Assembly: GCA_963828195.1 (NCBI GenBank)
Contig: CAWHDT010000001.1
Span: 383,357-447,356 of the forward strand
Reading direction: 5' to 3'
Length of the DNA: 64,000 nucleotides
From: Candidatus Bathyarchaeota archaeon
GTDB lineage: Archaea > Thermoproteota > Bathyarchaeia > Bathyarchaeales > Bathycorpusculaceae
Shown: piece by piece, positions 20,514-30,604 of the stretch
How the letters are laid out: each line of letters opens with the position of its first letter
Numbering within the stretch: the stretch's first letter is position 1
Notes under the pieces: model-generated
Told to the model about the DNA's origin: nothing
What the model saw: the letters and a program-made list of their open reading frames with translations, nothing else
The model's database searches: none
Program-made: the position numbers and the translations under genes

Positions 20514-21411
20514 CCCAATCATCGACTATTCGGCTCATTTCCGCAAAGTCGTATTTTACGAGCCAACTTCGGAAGTCGCGGTTTTGGACAGCAAACCTGC
20601 AGACCTGCCGCGCATTTTCAGAATCATGCACTAAAAGCAGCACAGCATCCACCTTGTGCCTGGAAACATAAGCCACGGTCTTGAGCAATGCATCAAGTTT
20701 TTCGTCGGTGGGCATTTCGGCGCTTAACTCTATGACAACAGGCTTCTTTAACGAGGCAGCAAAATCCCTTGCCAAGGTCACTGCCCAATAGTTGGTGAAG
20801 TAGTCTCTTGACGAAAGAGGCACATGAAAATAATCAACGAGGTCACCGATGGCGTTTAGGTCTAGCCCGAATCGTTCTTTAGCAAGAACCGGGTCAGGGT
20901 AAATTTCAACTGCAAAAGTGCCTTTCACCCGCGCTTTGGCTTCCGCCACAAACTTCGTTACCGTTTGGGCTCTCCACTGCGTCCAGTTTAAGCCGCTTTG
21001 TTTCCAATGCCCGACGCACCTTGGGCAAACACAGTACTCTTGGTCTGGAAAATGGTAGAGGTTCAAGGTCACGCCCAAAATGTTTTCTTTACTTAGCCCT
21101 TCGATGTAGTCTAAGACGCCCGCCCTATATTCGGGCTCGGTTGGGCAAACAAAGTCAAAAGCCAAATTTGACCGCCTGTTCTTACGGAGCGCTGGTCCAG
21201 TGTTTGACATGGCGACGCGGCTGGGGTTTTCCCTGATCGCTTTTGCATCACAGAACACGGTGACGTCGTTTTGCATACCTTCGGCGGCTGGGAAAGCTTG
21301 GCCGTCTGCCCATTTCGAGTAGTAGACGTGAAGGTTATAGCCCTCGACTTTTTCGGGCTTGTATGTAACTAACCCTATCTGCATATTCTTTACTTTGATG
21401 CGCACAAACAA
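20500..21411 (-). CDS. Hypothetical protein, possibly glycoside-hydrolase-like TIM barrel with CxCxxC
   Basis: 'FVCPTEPEYR...YCVCPRC...WR...VT.FV' resembles GHL10/DUF187-type proteins. Confidence 0.55.
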   Translation of the reverse strand: MFVRIKVKNMQIGLVTYKPEKVEGYNLHVYYSKWADGQAFPAAEGMQNDVTVFCDAKAIRENPSRVAMSNTGPALRKNRRSNLAFDFVCPTEPEYRAGVLDYIEGLSKENILGVTLNLYHFPDQEYCVCPRCVGHWKQSGLNWTQWRAQTVTKFVAEAKARVKGTFAVEIYPDPVLAKERFGLDLNAIGDLVDYFHVPLSSRDYFTNYWAVTLARDFAASLKKPVVIELSAEMPTDEKLDALLKTVAYVSRHKVDAVLLLVHDSENARQVCRFAVQNRDFRSWLVKYDFAEMSRIVDDWAKIY

Positions 21412-21436
21412 TATATTCTTGGCGCTTCACTAAATC

Positions 21437-21667
21437 TTGATTTGCATGGGCAAACAAGATAAATCCTTTATAATCATAGACACATCTAAATGTTCTCCCT
21501 GTGCCGGGCTTATCTGCGTTGGTTGCTGTCCTCAAGGTGCTTTAGAGGAAGGTAAAAACAGAAAGCCCCAAGTTATCGATATAGTCCAATGCACAAGGTG
21601 TGGTGTCTGCGTAAACTTGTGCCCGTCAAAAGCCATTACTATAAATCCTAGTAAACCACAAAAATAG
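21437..21667 (+). CDS. 4Fe-4S dicluster ferredoxin
   Basis: CSPCAGLICVGCCP and CTRCGVCVNLCP. Confidence 0.9.
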   Translation: MICMGKQDKSFIIIDTSKCSPCAGLICVGCCPQGALEEGKNRKPQVIDIVQCTRCGVCVNLCPSKAITINPSKPQK

Positions 21668-21689
21668 CCGCCTGGGAGAACTGACGGAT

Positions 21690-22736
21690 TTGGAGCAAAT
21701 TAGCCTTGCAGGCAATGCTAAGCTTATCGTGAAGGATAATGTGTTAGCCGTATTTTGTGATAATGGTTTAAAGACTGTGAGTTCAGCGTTTTATAATGGC
21801 GGGCGCAAACAGGTTAAAGCTGTCCTCAATGTGGGCGTGCCGGAAGGGTACAATGACCGTTCCTTGCACCTTGACCCGCTTGAACTAATAACCTCATCCG
21901 CAGCAAAGTTGGGTTTCACAAAAGACTATCTTGCGATGGTTACAGCTGCAAAAATAGAAAACTACAGTCTAGTAACCAAGGATGCTGATGACTTTTCAGT
22001 CACCGTTGTAGCAACTGCGGGCTGTAAACACGGGGAATCTTCAGGCGAAGAAATGAACGTTCAAGAAATCCGCGGCACCATAAACATTATAGTCCTAATC
22101 AATGCTAAACCGACGGACAGTTGTTTGGTGGCCTCGTTAATCACCGCTACCGAGGCAAAGTCGGCGGCTCTCAGAGACTTAGACGTTAGAAGCCTCTACA
22201 CAGGCGACTCAGCTACAGGCTCAATAACTGACAGCGTGACAATCGCATCGACAAGACAAGGAAAAAAAATCAGTTATGGCGGTCCAGCGTCTAAACTGGG
22301 CAAGCTGGTCGGGTATTGCTCAAGGAGAGCCGTTACCGAAGCCCTAATCAAACAGGAGCCCTTTTGGGGTTGCCGAACCGTTTTGGATAGAATTAAAGAA
22401 AGACATCTTCCACTGGAGAAAATAGCTGCCGAACTATCAAAAATTGAAGGGTTACGCCTTGATGAGAAGGCTTTGGCTGAAATTTTGAAAAATAGATCCA
22501 TCTACAATGCTTATTTGTTGGCTGCAACAAAGCTGGATGATGATTTTAAAAAAAACCTGTTACCAGCAGACCTTGGAGATGTAACTAAGTTAAGTAAACA
22601 CTTCGGTAGCCCCATGGATTCTATGTTGGATTGCTCAAAATTGCCCGGTTACGACTTGGTTGATTTGCCGCCCTTCCTCAAAAATACTTTAATAAATATT
22701 GTCAAAGAAACCCTTTCTAAGGATAACTTTGCTTAA
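21690..22736 (+). CDS. cbiZ: Adenosylcobinamide amidohydrolase
   Basis: SSA..NGG, MVTAA, GTINII, 'ITATEAKSAALRDL', ATGSITDS, YGGPASKLG. Confidence 0.88.
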   Translation: MEQISLAGNAKLIVKDNVLAVFCDNGLKTVSSAFYNGGRKQVKAVLNVGVPEGYNDRSLHLDPLELITSSAAKLGFTKDYLAMVTAAKIENYSLVTKDADDFSVTVVATAGCKHGESSGEEMNVQEIRGTINIIVLINAKPTDSCLVASLITATEAKSAALRDLDVRSLYTGDSATGSITDSVTIASTRQGKKISYGGPASKLGKLVGYCSRRAVTEALIKQEPFWGCRTVLDRIKERHLPLEKIAAELSKIEGLRLDEKALAEILKNRSIYNAYLLAATKLDDDFKKNLLPADLGDVTKLSKHFGSPMDSMLDCSKLPGYDLVDLPPFLKNTLINIVKETLSKDNFA

Positions 22737-23152
22737 ACTAAATAATTGGGTAGTCGCTGATTATGCGGGAGCTATTTTTTGAAGCACTTCCTATTCTTCT
22801 AAAAACCGAAGTATGATACAACCTTCATGTGTGACCTACCACTTCTAAAAGTTGTCACCAAAGTAAAACAAAGACGTGAACCGACCTTTCGTTTCCTTTT
22901 CAATTGCTGACCGCTAGAGGAGTGAATCTAAAGACTCAATTTAGGGTGCGAAAAGCTTTTTTTCCCTCTTTTTTAGAGGTTTAAATAAAATGCCGTGAAA
23001 AAATGGTTATTTGGCTGATTAATACCTAAATGTGCCCCTTTTATATAAATTAACCCCGATTAAAGCCCCGTGTTAAGGTGGGTTAGTACAAAACCTTATA
23101 AACAAACCGAGCGCATGCTATTAGCATAAAATTTAAAGGAGAAAAAGAAAAA

Positions 23153-25990
23153 ATGCAAATTGCTAAAAACAGAATTGCAGCTATTGCGATTGCTATATTC
23201 TTAACAGTTTCAATGGGGGCTTCAATGATGCTTATACCGTCTGCCAGCGCACATAATCCCGCATGGAATATTCCAACAAATGCTTACGTTACTGCGTTTC
23301 CTAATCCGACCGGTGTCGGTCAGCCAGTACAAATAGTTATGTTCCTCGGGCAAGCACCTTATTTCAATGCCGCGTTAACGAACAATTTTAGATACCATAA
23401 CTACCAGTTGACAATTGTTGCGCCTGACGGAACATCATCATCAGTGACTTTTGCTTACGTCTCAGACCCAACTGACGCTCAGGACTATTCCTACACACCA
23501 ACTCAAGTAGGCACGTACAACATTACCTTTAGCTATCCAGGTGAAACAATAACTAATAATACCCAACCCGTCACCAATCCAGTATCAGCATACATTAACG
23601 ACACTTATCTACCCAGCTCCAACACATGCACAATAACCGTAACACAAACACCACTACCCGCACTCGTAACTAGCACAACCGCGTCTCCAACAGCTTACTG
23701 GACACGCCCAATATACGGTGAAAACACAGCTTGGTACACTATTTCTTCAAACTGGCTCGGCACAGGTTCTCCTGTTTCATCTGCTGTCGGTTCCGGCGAT
23801 CTCTCAGGCTTCCCTGCAGGATCAACTTTGGAGAGAACTCCAGGTGATGCCGTAGGACCAGTCACCAATCACGTAATGTGGACAACACCGATGGAAGAAG
23901 GAGGAGTTGTAGGAGGAAATGACCTGCTCATCCCGGGAAACACTTACTTTGAAGGCTCAGCATACGAGAACAGATTCGACAATCCAATAATAGTCTACGG
24001 AGATCTATACTACACATTACCAGTATCATTCGCAGGAACTCAGGCTGGAGACACTGTATGCCAATGTTTAGCAACAGGACAAATTCTCTGGGAAAAGAAT
24101 GATATACCTGCCCTATCTGGCGCAATGATCTTAGACGTTGAAAACCCTGATCAACACGGAGTTTATCCAGCAGTCTTATTCACATCCAACTTCGGCGAGG
24201 TTTTTGATGCATACACAGGAGACCTGCTGTTCAACACAACTAGCGTTCCCTCAGGCACTGCAGCCCAGGGTCCAAGCGGTGAACAGTTAAGGTACGTATT
24301 CGATAATTCAGGCACTGCAGCAAATCCAGATTGGACTTTGGCTGAATGGAATGCATCCTATCTGTTCTTCCCAGCTGGCTATGCAATGACACCATCAATT
24401 TATAATGCGACTGACACAGCAAATCCCTCAGGCACTGTAACCATACCTGTTCCAGCCCCAGAAAACGGCATTAACGACCCTAACAGCAATAACCAAAACA
24501 CTAATGTTTACACAGTGAACGCATCCACCACAATCGGAAACCTTGACCGCTTTGACTGGAACATCACAGTACCCTGGCTCAACGTTATGGGCAATCAAAC
24601 TGATTCAACTGTAACTTTTACAAATGACACAACTTTAGTTGAAAAAGGCTACACCGCTAACCCTGCGACCACCAACCCTGATGCATCGAACGCAGCCTCT
24701 GTGGTTTATGCGCTTTACGACGATGTGCTGATTTGCAGAAACGGTTCTCTACCTGGCGTAGGCATAGATAATCCCTACACATTCTTCGCCGTGGACATCA
24801 ATGCATCCCATGTCAACACTTTCGGCAACATAACATGGATGCAGACATATAACCCACCAGCAGGCAACATCACTATATCAATGGGTCCAATCGATCCATC
24901 GGCAGGCGTCTTCACTGAAGGCTATAAGGAAACTATGCAATGGGTCGGATTCAGCATGGCAACAGGCCAACAAGTATGGGGTCCAACTCCATCTCAAAAT
25001 GCCCTTGACTACTTCGGCAACCCAATCTATCCATATGTAACCGGCGCAACCGCTTATGGCAACCTCTACAGCAGTGGATACGCAGGAGTACTCTACTGCT
25101 ACTCAATGACCACTGGAAACGTAGTGTGGACTTATGGTAACGGCGGCGAAGGCAACAGCACCAACAGCGGAGGTTACGTACCTTTGGGATACTATCCAAC
25201 ATTCGTTCAAGCTATCGGCAACGGAGTAATATATCTCGCAACCACTGAGCACACTATTGAAACACCCATCTTCAAATACGCATTAGCACGAGCCATTAAC
25301 GCTACAACTGGGGCAGAAATCTGGACTCTTTCAAACTACAACGGTGAATTCAGCTCAATAGCCTATGCTATCGGAGACGGCTACGCGACATTCTTCAACG
25401 GCTACGACGACCAAGTATACTGCGTTGGCCAAGGACCAACCCAAACTACAGTTAGCGCACCAAACGCAGGTCTGGCATTCGGACAACCAGTGGTAATAAC
25501 CGGTACAGTAACTGACATTTCCCCAGGCACTCAGCAAGCAGAGCAGAAAGGTGACTTTCCAAACGGCGTTCCAGTTGCATCTGACGCAATCATGAACGAT
25601 TGGATGGGCTATATTTACCAGCAGCAACCGCTCCCCACGAACTTCACCGGCGTCACAGTGACAATAAACGTCGTTGACTCTAACGGCAACTACCGAACCA
25701 TAGGCACCGCAACCACTACTTCAGCTGGCACATACAGCCTCGTATGGACACCCGACATCTCAGGCAGCTACAACGTTATCGCAACTTTCGCTGGCACCAA
25801 CGCTTACTATGGATCATCCGCACAAACCGCCTTTGATGTAATGACCGCACCATCAGCCAGCCCCGCGCCAACAGCATCCCCGACAACTGCCGCTAACCTG
25901 TACTTTGTTCCTGCAATCGCTGGACTATTCGTCTTGATCATCGTAGTAGCTATCGTACTAGCTCTATTGATGCTTAGGAAGAAACCATAA
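23153..25990 (+). CDS. PQQ-like beta-propeller cell-surface protein (Bathyarchaeia-expanded family)
   Basis: Signal peptide; PNPTGVGQ; 'PTAYWTRPIYGEN..WY.ISSNWLG'; propeller W repeats; 'GTVTDISPGT...NGVP..SD..M..WM.Y.YQQQP.P'; C-terminal TM. Confidence 0.85.
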   Translation: MQIAKNRIAAIAIAIFLTVSMGASMMLIPSASAHNPAWNIPTNAYVTAFPNPTGVGQPVQIVMFLGQAPYFNAALTNNFRYHNYQLTIVAPDGTSSSVTFAYVSDPTDAQDYSYTPTQVGTYNITFSYPGETITNNTQPVTNPVSAYINDTYLPSSNTCTITVTQTPLPALVTSTTASPTAYWTRPIYGENTAWYTISSNWLGTGSPVSSAVGSGDLSGFPAGSTLERTPGDAVGPVTNHVMWTTPMEEGGVVGGNDLLIPGNTYFEGSAYENRFDNPIIVYGDLYYTLPVSFAGTQAGDTVCQCLATGQILWEKNDIPALSGAMILDVENPDQHGVYPAVLFTSNFGEVFDAYTGDLLFNTTSVPSGTAAQGPSGEQLRYVFDNSGTAANPDWTLAEWNASYLFFPAGYAMTPSIYNATDTANPSGTVTIPVPAPENGINDPNSNNQNTNVYTVNASTTIGNLDRFDWNITVPWLNVMGNQTDSTVTFTNDTTLVEKGYTANPATTNPDASNAASVVYALYDDVLICRNGSLPGVGIDNPYTFFAVDINASHVNTFGNITWMQTYNPPAGNITISMGPIDPSAGVFTEGYKETMQWVGFSMATGQQVWGPTPSQNALDYFGNPIYPYVTGATAYGNLYSSGYAGVLYCYSMTTGNVVWTYGNGGEGNSTNSGGYVPLGYYPTFVQAIGNGVIYLATTEHTIETPIFKYALARAINATTGAEIWTLSNYNGEFSSIAYAIGDGYATFFNGYDDQVYCVGQGPTQTTVSAPNAGLAFGQPVVITGTVTDISPGTQQAEQKGDFPNGVPVASDAIMNDWMGYIYQQQPLPTNFTGVTVTINVVDSNGNYRTIGTATTTSAGTYSLVWTPDISGSYNVIATFAGTNAYYGSSAQTAFDVMTAPSASPAPTASPTTAANLYFVPAIAGLFVLIIVVAIVLALLMLRKKP

Positions 25991-26129
25991 ATCCGCGCAA
26001 AAGAAAAAAACCAATTTCCCTTTCTTTTCTTTTTTATTGTAGTTATCGGCAAATCAAATTTTAAATTATATTAATCTCAAAATCCATTAATGACAAAGTT
26101 AACTCGGCTCTATGAGGCGCAAAAAATAA

Positions 26130-26945
26130 TTGCTTACAGATAAACCGCTTAAAGAAAAAATTCATCAAGCCAACGTTACAGTCCATCGGCAAGAAGCACA
26201 GTACTACGAGATAATACATCCAGAAGTGTACAGTAAACAAGAACAAAAAAGAATAACCGTTAAATTGGAAACGATAAGTAAACTTGTTACAAATGACCAA
26301 AAATACGTTCTTGATGTAGGCGCGGGAACAGGCAATTTAACGGGCAAACTTTTGCGGATGGGCTACGATGTTACCGCCATCGAGATCTCGCCAGAAATGT
26401 GCAGAATCCTGCAAAAAAAATATAGTACCTACTTGAAAAATAACAAGTTAACGATCATCAATTCACCAATAGAAAATGTTTCTTTTGATGAGGGCAAATT
26501 TGACCTAGTAACATGTTACTCGGTGCTGCATCATCTGCCTGATTACATCAACGCAGTTAGAAGCTTCTCCGTTTATCTAAAGGAAGGCGGCGTAATTTAC
26601 ATTGACCATGAAGCATCTCCTTTTTATTGGAAAAAAGAATCAAGCAGTTTAGCCGACTTCGTCAAAAACATCTACTTCCATTCAAACCCCCTATTTAACA
26701 GCTTATACTTTCAAATCATCGGGTTAAAAGTTCCCACAATCGATTATTCCCTTTCGGATTACTGGCACAAAAAAGAACACTCATTAAACCACCAGACCTT
26801 ACAGCAAATCTTCAAAGAAGAACATTATGAATACGCCAAACGCACAGACTACTATCAAAACAGCACATGGATCCCAAACCCGCTCTCCATAGCTTATCGA
26901 CTACTCTGTAAGCCTGAAATGAGTTTTTGGATAGCGAAAAAATAA
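26130..26945 (+). CDS. Class I SAM-dependent methyltransferase
   Basis: VLDVGAGTG, FDLVTCYSVLHH, LKEGG. Confidence 0.9.
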   Translation: MLTDKPLKEKIHQANVTVHRQEAQYYEIIHPEVYSKQEQKRITVKLETISKLVTNDQKYVLDVGAGTGNLTGKLLRMGYDVTAIEISPEMCRILQKKYSTYLKNNKLTIINSPIENVSFDEGKFDLVTCYSVLHHLPDYINAVRSFSVYLKEGGVIYIDHEASPFYWKKESSSLADFVKNIYFHSNPLFNSLYFQIIGLKVPTIDYSLSDYWHKKEHSLNHQTLQQIFKEEHYEYAKRTDYYQNSTWIPNPLSIAYRLLCKPEMSFWIAKK

Positions 26946-26960
26946 AAAACCCACTAATAA

Positions 26961-28337
26961 TTAAGCGATTCCTGCGTTTTTCTGTCCGGTCGGGTGTAAA
27001 CGACGTTTTGCAAAGTTCCAAGCGCCCTCACGTCTGACCCGCTTAACTATTTGTTTAGGCGTCATGTGAAATTCTTTGAAGAACCGCCTCTGTATAGCCA
27101 AAAGCGAATCGTAATCAAACTCCTGTGACTTCACACTTAGCAAGAACTCATCGAGTTTTGTGTAGTTTTTGTTTTCCAGCAGTTCCTGGTAGAGTTTGCT
27201 GTCAGGGTACGCGATGAAAATGTTGAATTGGCACCAGTCAGGGTCAAGCTTCTTAGCGAACTTGAGCGATTCCTCCATGTCTTTGAGGGTTTCATCGGGT
27301 AAACCGAGCATAAATGAGCAGGCAAATTTTATTCCGTTCTTTTTGCATAGTTTAACCGCGTTTTCCGCCTGCTGCGGCGTTGTGTTCCTGCCGATTCGCT
27401 TAAGAATTCTTGGAGAAGCTGATTCTACCCCGAACCAAATCGTTTTGCATCCGGCTTTGCTCATCAACTCCAAAAGCTCTTGGTCCACTAAATCCAGCCG
27501 TGTATCGCATACCCACTGTAAATCAAGCTTGTGCTGTATCATCAGGTTACAAAGCTCAATGGTTTCTTTTTTGCGGAGCGTGAAGTTGTCGTTGATGAAG
27601 TAGATGCCTTTTGTGCCGTATTTGCTTTGCATATCCTGTATTTCGCCAATAACTCTTTTTGGGCTGAAACCGCGGCACATGTTCCCCCAAAGCTTTCTTG
27701 TCTCGCAAAAACCGCAGTTGAACACGCAGCCACGGGAGATACTCATCACGTCGGCTGGTTTAGCACTTAGAAACTCAATTGTTCTGTCGTAGAGTTCAAG
27801 CGGCAACAGATGCCTCGCGGGATAAGGGATTTCATCCATGTTCTCGATGAATTTGGGTTGGTTTAAGATGTTTTTGCCTGCTCTTCTGCATGCAACTCCG
27901 GGGATGGCCATAGCCGCTGGCTCGTTGCCCGTTGCTATGCAGGTTGCGAGCTGAGTGATTGCCCTCTCGCCCTCGCCCATAACCACGTAGTCGATTTCAG
28001 GATACGCAAGCAGGCTTTCAGGCATGTAAGAAGCGTGCCATCCGCCCACAACAATCTTGCATTTAGGCTGGGCTTCTTTAATTGCTTTTGCGGTTTCAAT
28101 GCAGCGAGGATAAGTCGCTGAACCGCATGTTATGCCAACAATCTGCGGATTAATTTTCGTTACGAATTGCTTAACTTCATCTATTGATTTTTTCATTAAG
28201 TAGTTGTCGAGCATTTGCACTTCGAAACCTGCTTTTTCAAGTGCTGCGGCAACATACATCAAGCCTATTGGAGGCAACCGTTTGCCAAGGTACCATGCGC
28301 CGTTTTTGGGCGGAGCAGTCGTCATTAAGAGAATCAC
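26961..28337 (-). CDS. B12-binding radical SAM protein
   Basis: PPIGLMYVAA, GGWHAS, GEGE, SRGCVFNCGFC, DNF, GVES. Confidence 0.93.
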   Translation of the reverse strand: MILLMTTAPPKNGAWYLGKRLPPIGLMYVAAALEKAGFEVQMLDNYLMKKSIDEVKQFVTKINPQIVGITCGSATYPRCIETAKAIKEAQPKCKIVVGGWHASYMPESLLAYPEIDYVVMGEGERAITQLATCIATGNEPAAMAIPGVACRRAGKNILNQPKFIENMDEIPYPARHLLPLELYDRTIEFLSAKPADVMSISRGCVFNCGFCETRKLWGNMCRGFSPKRVIGEIQDMQSKYGTKGIYFINDNFTLRKKETIELCNLMIQHKLDLQWVCDTRLDLVDQELLELMSKAGCKTIWFGVESASPRILKRIGRNTTPQQAENAVKLCKKNGIKFACSFMLGLPDETLKDMEESLKFAKKLDPDWCQFNIFIAYPDSKLYQELLENKNYTKLDEFLLSVKSQEFDYDSLLAIQRRFFKEFHMTPKQIVKRVRREGAWNFAKRRLHPTGQKNAGIA

Positions 28338-28593
28338 GTGAGACTTTTCTCCTCAATGCGGAATGATTTATTTCGAAGGTAAGCGGGCATGCTTTTGCCT
28401 CTCCATCAATGTTTGGGTTAAAACTTTGACTATGCGCAAGTTAATAGCTTTAACGGAACATATCAGTGACAAACGTTTCGTCTAGTTTTTGCTGTTTTCA
28501 AGTTTGATTCAGGCTTCGAGAAATTATGATGACGTCTGAGATTGAACTTTAACTACTATTTGACTAAAGCCTTTCAGAATATGCTGACTTCTC

Positions 28594-28809
28594 TTAATTT
28601 TGATTCTCGACTAAAAACAGGTACATGAATATCATGCTTAAAACAAAGGCAACCATCCCAAGCAGGATAAACGTTAAAAACGGTACGCCGCTAAAGAACC
28701 GGCTGTATAACGGCACTTGATCAATGACTATTCTCGCAACTATATACAACCAAAGAAGAAAAGTGTACAGCCAAAGCGTAGCGAACACCGCTTTCTTTTT
28801 CCTAATAAT
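28594..28809 (-). CDS. Small 2-TM membrane protein
   Basis: Hydrophobic ORF; GGAGGT followed by in-frame ATT ATT codons (28809/28806) upstream of GTG at 28788. Confidence 0.6.
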   Translation of the reverse strand: MIRKKKAVFATLWLYTFLLWLYIVARIVIDQVPLYSRFFSGVPFLTFILLGMVAFVLSMIFMYLFLVENQN

Positions 28810-28945
28810 CTAAACCTCCAACAACAGCATTGATGACTCAGCATACTTTGAACTCGCGCACATTAAAGAATCTTCACCCAGTTTTTACCTTCATCCCACT
28901 TAATGCAAAGAAGCTCTTCTTTCAATCTCTGATTAATCCGTGCCG

Positions 28946-29557
28946 CTATGCTGAGTTAATCTCTATTTTCGTGACAAGGTATGCCCAATACGAGCCAGGT
29001 GTAACCAAGCCTTGAGGTCCAACAATCGCCACAGTTAGTGGACCAGTGCCTGAAGCTAAACTCGTATCGTTGCAGTAGTAAGCAATTATCACCGTCAACG
29101 GCTGCGAAGCTTGTACTGCGGCTCCTGCATTTGGGTCATAAGTGTTTTGTTCTTGCCCCTGCACCTGTTGATATGTAAAGGTGACTTGATAGCCATCTGA
29201 TCCTGTAACCGTAACATTCTCCTCACTTGTAACACCTCCAACCAAATCCAAGAGCGTCAAAATAGGCACCCCTGTGTAGTTTCCTACAGAAATTTTTCCC
29301 TCATCATTAATGTATCCCCCACTCGCTGAATAGGATTTTAAGTCAGCGAGCTCACCCGAGTTCAGTGTCTTTTTTTGTCCATCAGCCCCTACGAGAGTCA
29401 ATTTTAGAGTTGGAAGGGAAGCCTTCGATTTTGTGGCGTTTGAAGCCGGCCGATAGATTTGCCAGGAAACCAAAACCGCTACTACAACAAAGATGACAAT
29501 AAGAATCGCTAAAAGCTTCTTGTTGGATTTGCTTTTAGCTCCCAAATCTGACTTCAC
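28946..29557 (-). CDS. Membrane-anchored molybdopterin-oxidoreductase-like domain protein
   Basis: N-terminal TM; YTGVP...LL..VGG, GSDGY, IIAY, GPL..AIVG, W...V..IEI. Confidence 0.7.
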   Translation of the reverse strand: MKSDLGAKSKSNKKLLAILIVIFVVVAVLVSWQIYRPASNATKSKASLPTLKLTLVGADGQKKTLNSGELADLKSYSASGGYINDEGKISVGNYTGVPILTLLDLVGGVTSEENVTVTGSDGYQVTFTYQQVQGQEQNTYDPNAGAAVQASQPLTVIIAYYCNDTSLASGTGPLTVAIVGPQGLVTPGSYWAYLVTKIEINSA

Positions 29558-29870
29558 CTGATAATCATCCTTAACTCGTATTCAGCGCTAAACACATAAA
29601 AAGATATTCAATCATGAAGCAGTCTTGCACAAAATTAATTTTAAGCAGGGTTAGCTCGTGTTCATCAACTTGTGACCTGCCCTCCGAATTTCTTTCAGAA
29701 AAGCGTCATTTAGCGAACAAAAAATGGCAAATCCTGGCAACTTGAAATGCTGCTCGTAGAACTTGCTTTTCTTCAGAAAAAGTTTCTCTTTTACATTTTC
29801 CACAAAACATTAAATACCGTGCGTTACTAGGGCATATTATAGGTTTGAACAAGCCAAGATCGGTGTCTTC

Positions 29871-30383
29871 GTGAAGAAACACATTTTTGCATTGACCGTT
29901 TTCTTGGTGCTTCTATGTTCATTAACAAGTTTTGCCGCTGCCTCGCAGACATTTACCGTCTCACCTGAAAGCAAACAAACTGTAAGCGTGAATTTAAGTC
30001 AAGGCGATTTCGTTAATGGCTCACTTTCTGTGTCAGGCGGCACTGGAACAGGCGTCAATTTTGCCGTGACTGACCCAAACGGAAAACAATTATTGAGTTA
30101 CAACTATACCTCCTACCAAAGCTTCTCTTTTTCTGCCCAAATTAATGGAAACTACACGTTGAGTTTTGATAATTCATTCTGTTCCTGCGTAGGCGGCAAA
30201 AATGTAACTTTGGAGTACTCTGTTAATAACAAACCAACTCAAGTAAACCTACAAAGTGGATCCAACGGAGGGTTCCCCATTGCAACAGCAATCCTTCTAG
30301 TCGCTGTAATTCCAGCGATAGCGGCGGTTGCAATCTCAATAAGGCACTTGAGAGGCAACACGAATAATAAAACGGAACTTTAG
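29871..30383 (+). CDS. emp24/GOLD-like domain membrane protein
   Basis: 'V.GG....VNF.VTDPNG...F.F.A...G.YTLSFDNSF....K.V.L.Y.V'; signal peptide and C-terminal TM. Confidence 0.75.
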   Translation: MKKHIFALTVFLVLLCSLTSFAAASQTFTVSPESKQTVSVNLSQGDFVNGSLSVSGGTGTGVNFAVTDPNGKQLLSYNYTSYQSFSFSAQINGNYTLSFDNSFCSCVGGKNVTLEYSVNNKPTQVNLQSGSNGGFPIATAILLVAVIPAIAAVAISIRHLRGNTNNKTEL

Positions 30384-30438
30384 GAAAAAACCGAAACTAA
30401 CGCAAAAAATAGCTTGGCAAGAGGCTATTTTGAAAAAA

Positions 30439-30455
30439 GCGCCGGGAGGGGGATT
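30439..30455 (-). repeat. 17-bp copy of the tRNA-Ser 3' end (att-like scar)
   Basis: GCGCCGGGAGGGGGATT is identical to 35666-35682. Confidence 0.75.
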
Positions 30456-30604
30456 CCAGCCTCATTTTACCCGTAAAAAAATCTGTGAAGAATTGGACCG
30501 GGCTAACCCCCAAAACGTTCATTAATCGGCTGACTGAAAAATCATGTTTTAAGCAGGAATGGACACAAGTGTTTGCTCATAGTCCTTTTTGCAATGCGTT
30601 GTTT

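Noticed and set aside
26957-26972. ATAATTAAGCGATTCC, a 15/16 match to the right flank of the IS1182 palindrome
   Set aside because: It overlaps the last codons and stop of the radical SAM gene and has no matching left arm; probably chance.
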